From a virus, in the IMG/VR virus record IMGVR_UViG_3300005077_000747, positions 23,944 to 87,943 of that record: DNA of 64,000 nucleotides, one strand, 5' to 3'. Position 1 is the stretch's first letter. Each line of letters opens with the position of its first letter. Of the stretch, positions 1-9,710 are shown piece after piece. Below the pieces are notes generated by a model, which saw nothing but the letters and a program-made list of their open reading frames with translations, was not told the DNA's origin and searched no databases. The position numbers and the translations under genes are program-made.

Positions 1-826
1 AACACCTCAACAACCAGTCAAAAGATGGGATTTCAGGTAGCCCCAAAAATGCTTCACCCATATCAGCTGGGTCCTTTCCAGGTGGAAGTTCTTTAATGTA
101 GACTGGATTATAAATCTCAAGTCTCTCGATGGTCTGCAATAGCTCTTTCATTTTGACATCTGTATCATAGGCTAATACAAGCTTCTTTTTCGGGATACCT
201 GCAATTAAGTTCGCTTGCTCAAGACTAACGGCTTTTCCAAAGGTGCATACGCCAGATGAAGGGGATGCCCTGATGACGTCAAGTACTCCCTCCATGATGA
301 ACAAAGTATCCACGCCAGATACCACTGAGTCGTAATTATATAACAATAACGATTTTTTAGTTTTTTTCTTATCCACGTCGTAGAAGACATACTTAGGTCC
401 TATAGAGGCAAGATGCCTAATCTGAATTGCTTTAATAACTGTATTCATTATAATTGGAAAGACTACAACAAAGGGCTTCGAAGAACTCCAGCCTAATTTA
501 AATTTCTTGACCAAGGCTCCATTTAGCCCACGAAAGTTGATATAGTCCCAAATAACTGATTCAAGGATGCATGAAGGGGGTTGAACGAGTTCCTGCCAAT
601 CAAGCTCCCTGATTTTAACTTCTTCAGGTGCTGATGGAGTTATCTTAATTGCTTTAAGTTCTGTTGGAAACCCCTTCCCCTTATAACCACATTTAAAACA
701 ATTAAAAAGACTCTTGGAAGGACTGTAATATAAATGGTATTTAGTATCAAGGCACTTTGGACAGTTAAACCGAACCTCTCCAGTACCAGTCTCTTTATAT
801 GGAAACGAGTATTTATGAAAGCTCAT
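1..826 (-). CDS. DnaG-like DNA primase, N-terminal part (runs off window edge)
   Basis: Open frame on minus strand from ATG at 826 to position 1 with no stop. N-terminal Zn-binding FNCPKC...CFKCGYKG is followed by a TOPRIM-like region (IMEGVLDV ... LAYDTDV). Confidence 0.5.
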   Translation of the reverse strand, partial: MSFHKYSFPYKETGTGEVRFNCPKCLDTKYHLYYSPSKSLFNCFKCGYKGKGFPTELKAIKITPSAPEEVKIRELDWQELVQPPSCILESVIWDYINFRGLNGALVKKFKLGWSSSKPFVVVFPIIMNTVIKAIQIRHLASIGPKYVFYDVDKKKTKKSLLLYNYDSVVSGVDTLFIMEGVLDVIRASPSSGVCTFGKAVSLEQANLIAGIPKKKLVLAYDTDVKMKELLQTIERLEIYNPVYIKELPPGKDPADMGEAFLGLPEIPSFDWLLRC

Positions 827-835
827 GGTGTGAGG

Positions 836-1237
836 TTATCTATTAACAATATATTCAAATGATACTTTGATTATACCATCTTGAACATCATTGATTATTC
901 CAATACAAAGACAGTCAGCACTTAAAGGGCACCCGGGGATGCATTCTCCCATACAGCACTTGATTTTGATTGAACATTCAGGACATCCTGCATCCCAGCA
1001 ATGATTTTGAGATGTCCTCGCGACCACAAAACTTTTCGTACAATGAGGACATCTCAAAAGAAAGTAATCGATTGATAAACATGGATCGTAAATATATGAT
1101 TGAGGTGCAAACGTACACACCGCCGTCCAATCACAAGAAGGAGCCAAATCAATGTTTAGCCCTTTAGCAGTATCAAAAAAAGAATACGTCATGCTACTCG
1201 ATGTTGGGTAGTAAATTTTTGGGTTCATACTGTGCAC
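836..1237 (-). CDS. Cys-rich hypothetical protein (133 aa)
   Basis: Minus-strand ORF with multiple CxxC/CC pairs (CPHC, CPEC, CC, CIPGC). Confidence 0.5.
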   Translation of the reverse strand: MHSMNPKIYYPTSSSMTYSFFDTAKGLNIDLAPSCDWTAVCTFAPQSYIYDPCLSIDYFLLRCPHCTKSFVVARTSQNHCWDAGCPECSIKIKCCMGECIPGCPLSADCLCIGIINDVQDGIIKVSFEYIVNR

Positions 1238-1250
1238 CGATAAAATGGGT

Positions 1251-1484
1251 CTAGATCACAGCAAACAGGCCATACCATCCACTGTTTGCAAAGCTTCGAG
1301 CGCAACTTCCAATTTTTCTTGTAGTCTCTACTGCGGTAAATGTCATCCCAAGCATTTGGAATATTTCTCCGTTTCCCTCTAACAAATAATGGAAATTCAT
1401 ATTGGTTCCTCCGTTCTTGAGTTGTTCTAGGGCATCTGAAGTACCGCATTTTTCTGGCTGACATAGAGACCTCCGAGTGTTCAT
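1251..1484 (-). CDS. hypothetical protein; frame ambiguous with overlapping ORF 1225..1464
   Basis: Two overlapping minus ORFs. GGAG RBS 9 nt upstream of the 1484 start; the alternative frame is basic and Cys-containing. Confidence 0.3.
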   Translation of the reverse strand: MNTRRSLCQPEKCGTSDALEQLKNGGTNMNFHYLLEGNGEIFQMLGMTFTAVETTRKIGSCARSFANSGWYGLFAVI

Positions 1485-1490
1485 TTGAGA

Positions 1491-1580
1491 TTATCTCCGC
1501 TTACGGCGTTTACGCCGCTCTCGCCTTTTCTTGCTACCTTGTTTACGCCGTCCGGAGCTTTTACGATGTTTGTTGGACAT
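1491..1580 (-). CDS. 29-aa Arg/Lys-rich peptide (MSNKHRKSSGRRKQGSKKRRERRKRRKRR)
   Basis: Translated by hand; AAAGGGGG RBS 5 nt upstream of ATG; extreme basic composition (protamine-like). Confidence 0.3.
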   Translation of the reverse strand: MSNKHRKSSGRRKQGSKKRRERRKRRKRR

Positions 1581-1590
1581 TATGCCCCCT

Positions 1591-2007
1591 TTAAATCATA
1601 TCTTGAAGCGTTTGAGCTAAAGGTTCATCCAATAAAAACACGTCTTTGATTCGGAACATTTCATCATAACAAGGACTCGCAAAGACAATTGGAATACCTA
1701 AAGCTGTAGCCTCATTCATTTCTTTTCTTACACCTACCGATTCTTCCCATTTAGGCAACATTAATACTAACAATTTTGAGCACTTACGAAGAAATGGGAG
1801 GTCGTGCTCTTCAACCCAAAGTTTATGGGTAATAGGACCATGCTTCCCTTCATTTATAGGGTGTGTGTGAGTTATAGGAGAATAAAAGACTCCAAGGTTT
1901 TTCTTGATGAGGCATCCTGTAGCCTCAGTAACTCTCTCATACCGCCATTCTTGAATATCCGGGTCTTCATGGGAGTAAGGGACCGCAATGTAAATAATTT
2001 TAGACAT
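1591..2007 (-). CDS. DUF1937-like (nucleoside 2-deoxyribosyltransferase-like fold) protein
   Basis: KIIYIAVPYSHEDPD...VFYSPITHTHP resembles the DUF1937 signature (YLASPYSHPDP...VFSPI.HSH) from memory. Confidence 0.45.
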   Translation of the reverse strand: MSKIIYIAVPYSHEDPDIQEWRYERVTEATGCLIKKNLGVFYSPITHTHPINEGKHGPITHKLWVEEHDLPFLRKCSKLLVLMLPKWEESVGVRKEMNEATALGIPIVFASPCYDEMFRIKDVFLLDEPLAQTLQDMI

Positions 2008-2015
2008 TAAACCTC

Positions 2016-3293
2016 CTAAAAGCCCGTACGCTCAGTCCATTGCGCACGAGAAAAATCAACATCATACAAAAAGCTCACCTTCTTTTGAGTTCGTCTTGAG
2101 TCCGCGATATATAAACGACGCTGATCAGGGCGTCCCACTACTTCATTGATACTAACAACAAAGTCAGCCGACCACGACTGCCCGTAAGCCTCCGCTGCAT
2201 TCTCTGATTCAATAAATGTCTTCTTTTTCCCCAATGCGTTACTCTGAGTAAGAACAACACCGGAAATTTGGTTTCTACCACAAACACCCCGAAGTTCAAC
2301 TGCCGCAGAAATGAGTCCAAATCTTGCATCTCCAGAAGACCCTACAACCGTACCTCTCATCAAGTCAATATAATCAACAACGAAACAATCTACCTTTCGA
2401 CCTAAACGTTGTTCGATCTCGAGAATCTCATTCTCCATAATTGTAACTGTTGGATATCCAGAAGGATACTCAACGACCTGAACATCCCCAAGAAGTTCGT
2501 CCTTCTTCTGCATTATGAGATCACGTATCTCATCTCGACTATCTTGGTAGACATCAAAATCAAAATTAGCAACTGAGCAATCAATTCGTTTAAGAAGGTC
2601 TGATCGAGACATTTCCATTGTAAAAACTACAGTAGTCTTCTTATTGAATAGAGCTGAACGGGCCAACCAAACAGCAAAAAAACTCTTCCCCGTAGATTTT
2701 AGACCAATAGTTAACATTAATTCACCAGGGTATAAACCCCCTCGTAGCAAACTATCCATAGAGGAAAACCCTGTAGGGGTCGGCTCACCTTTAAGAGAAA
2801 CATCTCTAAGTATCCAATCTTCCCAAAAGCTTCCATGACTCTTATGGCCGACGAATGACTCAACCCGAGCACGATGGAACAAGTTGAAAATTTCTTCGAA
2901 CTTCTCCTCATTTAATAAAACCGCTGCCTCTCTGACCGCTTTATAGAGTACCTTCCCCTGTAGCTTTTTTTCCAACTGGAATTCAAAGAATTCCAGGTTT
3001 TGCATCTCAGGAAGTGCTTCAATAAAATGTTTTAACTGATCGAATCGATCGGACTGATAATCACCATCTAGTCTCATAAATTCAATCAAGGTCTCAACTG
3101 TTGGCACCTCTCTAAACTTCTGGTGAAAAGTTTGGGCCTTACTAAAAATTTCTTTTAATTCAGGTGTTCCCAGCCACTCCGGTTTAAACTTTGTTAAAAT
3201 TTGTGCGCTAAATCGAGGGTGAAAGATCGCACTAACAATTTGGGCATCAGTCATTATCCCTTGTGTGCTTCTAGAATTTTCTTCGCCTGCCAC
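2016..3293 (-). CDS. DnaB-family replicative DNA helicase
   Basis: RecA-fold Walker A GLKSTGKS, FTMEMS Walker B region, C-terminal H4-like motifs; 425 aa typical DnaB length. Confidence 0.8.
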   Translation of the reverse strand: MAGEENSRSTQGIMTDAQIVSAIFHPRFSAQILTKFKPEWLGTPELKEIFSKAQTFHQKFREVPTVETLIEFMRLDGDYQSDRFDQLKHFIEALPEMQNLEFFEFQLEKKLQGKVLYKAVREAAVLLNEEKFEEIFNLFHRARVESFVGHKSHGSFWEDWILRDVSLKGEPTPTGFSSMDSLLRGGLYPGELMLTIGLKSTGKSFFAVWLARSALFNKKTTVVFTMEMSRSDLLKRIDCSVANFDFDVYQDSRDEIRDLIMQKKDELLGDVQVVEYPSGYPTVTIMENEILEIEQRLGRKVDCFVVDYIDLMRGTVVGSSGDARFGLISAAVELRGVCGRNQISGVVLTQSNALGKKKTFIESENAAEAYGQSWSADFVVSINEVVGRPDQRRLYIADSRRTQKKVSFLYDVDFSRAQWTERTGF

Positions 3294-3694
3294 GTATGGT
3301 TGACCTCCGCTAAAACTTTCGTATGTTTAATTTCAATCCACTCAGCTTCAACTTCGGATTGCACCCACTTGAAACTGAGTTCCCAAGGTAAGGGGAAATG
3401 CCCTAGAAGTTTTATACAACTCCTAACGTACCATCGAAAAGGCAAAAAAACCCTCTCACAAAATCTCTTCGCAGGATATAATAAATGAGGATTTATTTTG
3501 AGAGGGCAGGAATATTTTTGGTGGTATTCTTTCCAGGCGTGCACATACTCAAAAACAAGAGCTATATCTGACGCATCATGGGCGTCCCATCCATCGAACT
3601 CTGGCAAGTCTTGCAAACCGGAGAGGAGAGGTTTAGAAACTTCTGGGCAAGCTCGGGAGTCGCAGCTAGCTTCTCCCTGTATTTCGTCTCGCAT
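3254..3694 (-). CDS. hypothetical protein (start uncertain; overlaps neighbours)
   Basis: Minus ORF of 146 aa overlapping YkgJ-like ORF by 132 nt; true start probably internal. Confidence 0.35.
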   Translation of the reverse strand: MRDEIQGEASCDSRACPEVSKPLLSGLQDLPEFDGWDAHDASDIALVFEYVHAWKEYHQKYSCPLKINPHLLYPAKRFCERVFLPFRWYVRSCIKLLGHFPLPWELSFKWVQSEVEAEWIEIKHTKVLAEVNHTWQAKKILEAHKG

Positions 3695-4101
3695 TCTTCA
3701 CCTGTATTAAGGGTTTCGTATTCGATCCCCAAGATTTCAAGTACTGCCCGCCTATAGTAACACCAGGGGGTATAAAAGGCATCAGGGTTTTCGAGAAAAA
3801 TTTCGAACTGGGCATCAAAATCTGGATACTCTCGACACGTTTCAGGTCTCACGGAATAGTAAGAACAGAGGCCATCTTCGAGGTGAGGGCAAACAAAATA
3901 ATTATAATCCTTTGAAAGATCATATCCTACTAAACAACTAGGGAGCCAAGGATTTAAAATCTTCGCCTCCTCGAAAGTAATTTGACGCCAGAACTTTGGA
4001 AGATGCTCATCAATAGGTTGAGAGAAGAAATTTTTGTGGACGGAAACGCACCTACAGCACCACCCGCCACACTTGCTACAATCACTAACTAAATACTCCA
4101 T
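3562..4101 (-). CDS. YkgJ/UPF0153-family Cys-cluster protein (CxxCGxxCC)
   Basis: N-terminal CSKCGGWCC motif plus downstream Cys (CPHLEDGLC, TCREYP). Confidence 0.55.
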   Translation of the reverse strand: MEYLVSDCSKCGGWCCRCVSVHKNFFSQPIDEHLPKFWRQITFEEAKILNPWLPSCLVGYDLSKDYNYFVCPHLEDGLCSYYSVRPETCREYPDFDAQFEIFLENPDAFYTPWCYYRRAVLEILGIEYETLNTGEECETKYREKLAATPELAQKFLNLSSPVCKTCQSSMDGTPMMRQI

Positions 4102-4118
4102 TACGTCTCCCTATAGTC

Positions 4119-4379
4119 TTACATATAATCAGTGCTCGAACTTGTATCATAAGTACTAATGTAATCAGTTCCAGTAGTTGCAGTTGAGTCAGTCCAATTA
4201 GCTGTATACATGCGTACCTGGATTTTTTTACAGGCCTGGAATTCAGAGTATCCGTCGATCAAACAAGTTAATCTAGCTCCACATTCACCACATACGGGCC
4301 GCCTCCCACTACTGAATTGCAAGTGGCAGTGGCGGCAATAGAACTTGGCGCAGTAATGCATCTGGTCAAATTCTTCCAC
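4119..4379 (-). CDS. small Zn-ribbon protein, CxxCxxR[LVI]xCL family
   Basis: CRHCHLQ...CGECGARLTCL. Confidence 0.6.
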   Translation of the reverse strand: MEEFDQMHYCAKFYCRHCHLQFSSGRRPVCGECGARLTCLIDGYSEFQACKKIQVRMYTANWTDSTATTGTDYISTYDTSSSTDYM

Positions 4380-4520
4380 TTAGTAATACCAGCAGTCAGA
4401 TAGCTTGTCACAATGAGGACAATATATTCTTGCTTCCCAATAAGGGACAGCCTCTCGAAGATGTTGCCACCTTAAATAATTTGGAGGATTTGGAGGACCG
4501 GTGTTTTTCCCATTATTCAT
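4380..4520 (-). CDS. small CPHC protein (46 aa)
   Basis: Hand-translated: MNNGKNTGPP...RIYCPHCDKLSDCWYY. Stop TAA abuts GTG start of the next gene. Confidence 0.35.
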   Translation of the reverse strand: MNNGKNTGPPNPPNYLRWQHLREAVPYWEARIYCPHCDKLSDCWYY

Positions 4521-4580
4521 GTGTCAAATATCTCTCTAAAGAGATGCGCATTGCGGGGGTCCAAATTTAGTATGGCCCCC
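4521..4580 (-). promoter_or_regulatory. conserved upstream element: palindrome ATCTCTCTAAAGAGAT plus G5/C5 hairpin (copy 1)
   Basis: GTGTCAAATATCTCTCTAAAGAGATG.GC...GGGGGT.CAA..T.TTT..ATGGCCC recurs at 34437..34496; sits immediately 5' of a gene start. Confidence 0.45.
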
Positions 4581-4624
4581 TAAAAAATATTTTTTAATGA
4601 TCACGGGTTGACGGACCATCTCCA

Positions 4625-4954
4625 TCATTGAGGATAAACTAAATCTGAATCCGAGTCAGGGATAAATACGAAGCGATAGATTTTAATCGTTTGGAAATTT
4701 TCATCGACTTCACATTCAGCCCCAATAAACCCCCAACCTCTTTCATCAATTCCAAACAAGCCATTTATTAAGCCTAAGGGACTAATCCTAAATGACCCAT
4801 CAGAGAGCTCAAGGCCAGACTGAATCGTTGGATGGTCAGCCAAAGCTTTGTTGCATGGGATGCGGATATTAAGTAAATTTGTAATGGCCTCGGGATCAGC
4901 TTCGAGGGCTTCATTTAAAACATCAATTGCGGCCTGAATTTGTTCTTTCTGCAA
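4625..4954 (-). CDS. hypothetical protein
   Basis: Minus ORF 109 aa in co-directional array. Confidence 0.5.
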   Translation of the reverse strand: MQKEQIQAAIDVLNEALEADPEAITNLLNIRIPCNKALADHPTIQSGLELSDGSFRISPLGLINGLFGIDERGWGFIGAECEVDENFQTIKIYRFVFIPDSDSDLVYPQ

Positions 4955-5342
4955 GGCGGTTATCCTCCTCTACACCTTCTCTTATCTGATTTAATACTTC
5001 TATAACTATGTCCAAGTCATCCCTACAGTTAAATGCAGATGCAATTACAGAAGTAAATTTATCTAATCCAACTGAAAGGCATGATATGCGGTACCGACAA
5101 CGACTACATCTATCTAAATCATCTACGACATGTATCGCTGCATTACACAACATGCAGCGAGTGCTACATATATATGTGTATGCAGGACCAGGTGTAGAGT
5201 AATCAAAAGTAAATGTTAATTTATTGCATGTGGGGCATTGAAAGAATATATGTCTAAACACCGGTGCTGCTCTACGTAAATGTTTATGAGTGTGTTTCAT
5301 CTTTACAATCTCGAGGTAGCAACTCGAATCTGCTCTCCCCAT
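4923..5342 (-). CDS. small Zn-ribbon protein, CxxCxxR[LVI]xCL family
   Basis: CPTC...CSTRCMLC...CSRCRYRISCL. Confidence 0.6.
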   Translation of the reverse strand: MGRADSSCYLEIVKMKHTHKHLRRAAPVFRHIFFQCPTCNKLTFTFDYSTPGPAYTYICSTRCMLCNAAIHVVDDLDRCSRCRYRISCLSVGLDKFTSVIASAFNCRDDLDIVIEVLNQIREGVEEDNRLAERTNSGRN

Positions 5343-5688
5343 CCTTCAATCCTAAGCTATATTCTATCTGTCTCATTACACCATGAACCTCGAGTGTATC
5401 GAGGAGACTAAAGATAGACATCGCAATGACTGGTGAATGTGTCAAGCAATCAACCAGCCGATCTTTGCAAAGCGTGCATCTCTCGGAGCTATCTACAACC
5501 AAACATTCACCACCACAATATCTGCAGGTTGTAAAGCATTTATAATCACCCTGCTCTTCATCAACCCAGTACCAGTACCTAGAATAGGAAACACGATCAC
5601 AATTGGGACAAAGAAAGAATTCATAAGTCCTGCGTCGAAAAAAATCAAGCTCAGGTTTTGTCTTACCTGCGTCTATTTTTACGGCCAT
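5284..5688 (-). CDS. small Zn-ribbon protein, CxxCxxR[LVI]xCL family
   Basis: CPNC...CRYCGGEC...CTLCKDRLVDCLTHSP. Confidence 0.6.
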   Translation of the reverse strand: MAVKIDAGKTKPELDFFRRRTYEFFLCPNCDRVSYSRYWYWVDEEQGDYKCFTTCRYCGGECLVVDSSERCTLCKDRLVDCLTHSPVIAMSIFSLLDTLEVHGVMRQIEYSLGLKDGESRFELLPRDCKDETHS

Positions 5689-6010
5689 TGTTAATAGATC
5701 CCCCTAACGTCCTTCTGATTTTAGCCTGCGCCTTTCTTATTCCCGATGCAGTTAAACGCTTGGCAGACATAGCTATAATACACGTAATGCATCTATCAAA
5801 GAGGCACTCTAATCGATCCTTGCAGTCGATGCACCTTTCAATAGCATCGACTGCCCTAACTTCTTTGCCACAATTACCACACAGTGTTGAACAAATATAA
5901 TTTTCGCCGAGGGTTTTTGCTGTATAAAAAGTGTGGTCGACGTTACCACAGTAAGGACATTCAAAGAACTCAATAACTTCTCGCTCGTCGTCCCTATCGG
6001 ATATATACAT
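5663..6010 (-). CDS. small Zn-ribbon protein, CxxCxxR[LVI]xCL family
   Basis: CPYC...CGNCG...CIDCKDRLECL. Confidence 0.6.
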   Translation of the reverse strand: MYISDRDDEREVIEFFECPYCGNVDHTFYTAKTLGENYICSTLCGNCGKEVRAVDAIERCIDCKDRLECLFDRCITCIIAMSAKRLTASGIRKAQAKIRRTLGGSINNGRKNRRR

Positions 6011-6029
6011 GCATACACCCCCTAAACTA

Positions 6030-7031
6030 TTAACTGCGTACCGGATAAAAAGTAGAATGAACCTTTACCACCCTATTTGGGGCGATAATGATTTGAATGA
6101 TCCAAAAACCAATAGCGGCACTAATACGGCGCCCTCTCATAAACGGAGTTTGTTTCTGAGTCGTACCCGTCTGAAAAGAGACAACCCCTCGATAAAAAAG
6201 TTGCTCAGCTTTATGGTAGTGACCAATCAAAAGAATATCTGGCTTCGTACCAGATGGCAGTTCAGCAATGTATCGTTGAGGCTTATAAGAAATTGCATAA
6301 GCGGAACCATCTTCCCCGTGAAAGAGTCTAACTGTAGCTTTGCAATCATTTGAACCCACAGTTACATCAGCTTCTTGGTAACCTAGAAAAACTAGATCTC
6401 CACGCTGCGTAGAAACTCTAGCTCCAGTACAGACACCTGACCTCTTCCAAAAAGACCGATCGTGGTTTCCATCAATAAAATAGGTGGTAATCCCGGCTTT
6501 TCTGGGATATCGTTCGCAGCAGAAATCAACTTGAGCATCTGCTCCATGAACTGCAAGTTCATACTCATGCCCCTTATACATTTTTTCGCCATCAAGCAAA
6601 TCGCCTGCATGGAAGACCGCGGTTACTTCCTCTGACTCGAAAGTATCATAAGCGGTGTGTAGTAATGAAAGATCTGCGTACAACGAGCCCAGATGAGTAT
6701 CTCCCAGAACTCCAAACTTCTGGACGACACCATCAAGGTTAAGTGACGCTGTTTGAATATGCCTAGTGAGGTCTTCAACCTGCTGTCGCAGCTTTCGTAC
6801 TTCTGGATGGTCCTCTGGAGAAAGGCCGTCTCCAATATCGCTAGGTGTAGACTCCTGTTGAAGTTGAGTTTCACGGGCCGCAGCAAGACTTTTACTCCAT
6901 GAACCAAATCTCATGAAAAGAGTTGATCTAGACGGTTTTTCAATCGCTAGTTTATCATATTCTTGAGAGCTGGAAATGTTATACTTATTGATGATTTCGG
7001 CGAAGCGAGATAAAACATCGTCTCTGGACAT
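6030..7031 (-). CDS. calcineurin-like metallophosphoesterase (SbcD/Mre11-like nuclease candidate)
   Basis: GDTHLG, GDLLDG, GNHD, GHYH motifs in canonical order. Confidence 0.7.
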   Translation of the reverse strand: MSRDDVLSRFAEIINKYNISSSQEYDKLAIEKPSRSTLFMRFGSWSKSLAAARETQLQQESTPSDIGDGLSPEDHPEVRKLRQQVEDLTRHIQTASLNLDGVVQKFGVLGDTHLGSLYADLSLLHTAYDTFESEEVTAVFHAGDLLDGEKMYKGHEYELAVHGADAQVDFCCERYPRKAGITTYFIDGNHDRSFWKRSGVCTGARVSTQRGDLVFLGYQEADVTVGSNDCKATVRLFHGEDGSAYAISYKPQRYIAELPSGTKPDILLIGHYHKAEQLFYRGVVSFQTGTTQKQTPFMRGRRISAAIGFWIIQIIIAPNRVVKVHSTFYPVRS

Positions 7032-7063
7032 AGAAATTTCCTTTCATGTCCAACTCGCCCCCT

Positions 7064-7465
7064 CTAATAATGAATCCCTCGAACAGCTTCTGGCCACGTA
7101 AGGCATGAGATTTTATGCCTACAATTTCTGCAACCCTTCCTGGGCTTTTTATGTACAATGCATGTCCCACACCAAATACACGATATGAGACATTGCTTTC
7201 GAAGACTTGGATGGCTGTATCTCGATGGGTATTTCATGCATCGACCACATAGAGGACATTCAATCCCCTCTACTTGTACCGCACCGAGATGATGTAATTT
7301 AAAAGCCGTTGGGAATCGGGTGCGCTTGAATTTAGCCTTAGCCTCCACCTTAGTATCTGCTTTAATGACTTCGCTTGCCCCATTGTAATCAATGTCATCG
7401 GTATACAAACAAGATACAAGGAAAAATGTGGGCATTATTTTTGCACCGTGGATACAAATATCCAA
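7064..7465 (-). CDS. small Zn-ribbon protein, CxxCxxR[LVI]xCL family
   Basis: CPLCGRC...CIWCGTC...CRNCRHKISCLTWP. Confidence 0.55.
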   Translation of the reverse strand: MDICIHGAKIMPTFFLVSCLYTDDIDYNGASEVIKADTKVEAKAKFKRTRFPTAFKLHHLGAVQVEGIECPLCGRCMKYPSRYSHPSLRKQCLISCIWCGTCIVHKKPRKGCRNCRHKISCLTWPEAVRGIHY

Positions 7466-7725
7466 TCTGCATTGCTAAACGAAATCAGAGCATTCTCCAA
7501 AGCACTCTCCTCTGCGTAGTACTCTCTGGCATAGAGGACAAGACACTTTGACTCAATCTTCCAAACGAGGTCTCTTACGTAGAGCTTCTGGCCTTTAATA
7601 CTCAATCCGATTCCTTCGTAATTACCGAAAGGAACTTCCGTGTCGTACCTTAAGTTAAATTCCCGAGTGTTAGACTCAAGCAGCAAATGCACTTCAGCCG
7701 ACACATAGTTATCAGTGGGCATCAC
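7435..7725 (-). CDS. hypothetical protein
   Basis: Minus ORF 96 aa. Confidence 0.45.
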   Translation of the reverse strand: MMPTDNYVSAEVHLLLESNTREFNLRYDTEVPFGNYEGIGLSIKGQKLYVRDLVWKIESKCLVLYAREYYAEESALENALISFSNADWIFVSTVQK

Positions 7726-7953
7726 CTACAAATCCTCCGTGTAGATAAATTTCTTTATCTTGTATGTGATACCTAACTGCTTGGCCATTTCATCCGCCAC
7801 TGGTCTGAGAGATTCAACTCTTTTTAAATCCGCTCCGACCATTGGAATCCAGCTACCGCCATGTTCTTGAAATCCAAGAACCCCTTCATCGCCTTCTGCA
7901 TCTCCGGGATCAATGGCTACAAATGCAAACATCTCTTTAATGACGAAGCCCAT
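7726..7953 (-). CDS. hypothetical protein
   Basis: Minus ORF 75 aa, abuts neighbours. Confidence 0.45.
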   Translation of the reverse strand: MGFVIKEMFAFVAIDPGDAEGDEGVLGFQEHGGSWIPMVGADLKRVESLRPVADEMAKQLGITYKIKKFIYTEDL

Positions 7954-7963
7954 AACAACCCCC

Positions 7964-8257
7964 TCACTTTATTCGAACGTCTTTAACATCTTCCGATTTG
8001 AGATCTCGAATTTCATCTCCGTAGTGAAAAAGCAATCCCTCAACCACAATTCCCGGCTTTCCTGGATCCTTACACGAAAAGACTGCAGAGCTTTCTAGTA
8101 AATCCAAAAGCTCGTTCTTCGTCAATTTTTTACGCCTATCTCCACTCATCATCAACCTCCGCACAACGTCTTTAGGCACTTGTCGATTAAACTTATAAGC
8201 AGTATGCCCATGACAATCCACATAATTATATTTATGCGGCGGCTTCGCTTCCGCCAC
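7964..8257 (-). CDS. hypothetical protein
   Basis: Minus ORF 97 aa. Confidence 0.45.
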   Translation of the reverse strand: MAEAKPPHKYNYVDCHGHTAYKFNRQVPKDVVRRLMMSGDRRKKLTKNELLDLLESSAVFSCKDPGKPGIVVEGLLFHYGDEIRDLKSEDVKDVRIK

Positions 8258-8285
8258 TCCACTTCAGATCCTCTTGATTTAGGTT

Positions 8286-9659
8286 TCATTCGTCCACCTG
8301 CAGGTGTCTTGGTTTAATCTTGTATTGACGTTTGTAAAAACGAATCCGAGATTGGGAATGCTTGGCTAACATTTCATGACTGGTGTCAATGAAATCGAAA
8401 ATTCGACACTTTTCTTTTCCCTTAAACGTTCTCATCCCCCGACCTGTCCTCTGAACTAGTAGCCTTTCAGATTTCATCCCCGCAGCAATGATAACATTCT
8501 GGATGCGTTCAATGCTAACACCTTCGTCGTAAATCGCAGAAGCGATGAGCACTGGAAGAGATCCGGACTCAAATTCTTCTTTAGCTGATTCACGTTCTGG
8601 ATGATCTCCATGAATGAATCTGTGCTCGATGCCACCCAAAAGATTTGAAATTCTTTGCCCATGTGATAACCTCCAAACCAGAACAAGGACGTTCTCTCCT
8701 TTATCATATAGGTGTCGAATAATTTTCGCGATCTTTCGATTTCGGCTATCATTCTTCACTACGCCGATATCATAAACATCTTTAAACTCATACAAGATTG
8801 GAAGTTTGATCGCAGTGTCGATAGGTACTAAATAAATATCTAATGGGGCAACAACCCCGTCCTCAACAGCCTTATCATATTGATACGAGTAAATGACCGG
8901 GCCTGTAGCTGCAAAAACCGAAATAGAATCTCCTGATTCTCTGAAGGGGGTTGCCGTAAAACCATAACGATAATAGGCGTTCTCGCAAGCTTGAATGAGT
9001 TTAAAGTACTGCGACCTAGTAGAGCAATGATGGGACTCGTCAACAAGGACAGCGGATACTGATGTGATAAAGTCCTTAAGTTTATCAACTTTCGAAAAAA
9101 GCGATCCCACCATAGCCACGGTGACTCGTCTAGGGCGAACGCGATTAGCATTTATGACTCCTATCTCTTCTCCGATAAGATCGCTGCACCGTTGTACGAT
9201 GCTATCGAAAATCTCTTTCCTATGGGATAGAATAAGTACTGACTTATCAAATGTAGCCCCAAACCCCGCCTCGACATAAGTCTTTCCCATAGCAGTGATT
9301 CCTGCGATAGTTCCACGAGGATTCTCCCGCATTGCAAGAAGCGCCGCTTCTTGATGACCCGCACCATAATTCTTTACGCTATCTGGAACAGGCTGCCAGT
9401 CGATACTGGGAGGCTTGCGTAAGTCAACAATAGCCGCATCCGGGAATTGAAATAGAACTTTGTCCAAGACTCCTGTCGGAAAGATATTACTACGCTTATT
9501 GTAGAGGCTTCTAACAGATGGCGTATATCTCCCGGTGTATCTGAAAGTTTTAAAAGATTGCTGTTTGTCGACATAAGATAAAGCCTTAACCAGTTCTTCT
9601 GGAACCGGCACACCTTCTAGATCAACCTTACACCACGAATTGGTTACATAAATCTTCAA
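8286..9659 (-). CDS. SF2 DEAD/DEAH-box-like DNA/RNA helicase
   Basis: Motif I AMGKTY, motif II VDESHH, FTATP, motif VI QRTGRGMR. Confidence 0.75.
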   Translation of the reverse strand: MKIYVTNSWCKVDLEGVPVPEELVKALSYVDKQQSFKTFRYTGRYTPSVRSLYNKRSNIFPTGVLDKVLFQFPDAAIVDLRKPPSIDWQPVPDSVKNYGAGHQEAALLAMRENPRGTIAGITAMGKTYVEAGFGATFDKSVLILSHRKEIFDSIVQRCSDLIGEEIGVINANRVRPRRVTVAMVGSLFSKVDKLKDFITSVSAVLVDESHHCSTRSQYFKLIQACENAYYRYGFTATPFRESGDSISVFAATGPVIYSYQYDKAVEDGVVAPLDIYLVPIDTAIKLPILYEFKDVYDIGVVKNDSRNRKIAKIIRHLYDKGENVLVLVWRLSHGQRISNLLGGIEHRFIHGDHPERESAKEEFESGSLPVLIASAIYDEGVSIERIQNVIIAAGMKSERLLVQRTGRGMRTFKGKEKCRIFDFIDTSHEMLAKHSQSRIRFYKRQYKIKPRHLQVDE

Positions 9660-9710
9660 CGTCGGGCAATCTCCTATCGATTACCCAACCGGCCTTCCTC
9701 ATTGTTTTAA

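Noticed and set aside
6985-7170. 61-aa minus ORF
   Set aside because: Overlaps both the metallophosphoesterase start and the Zn-ribbon gene 7064..7465 in another frame.
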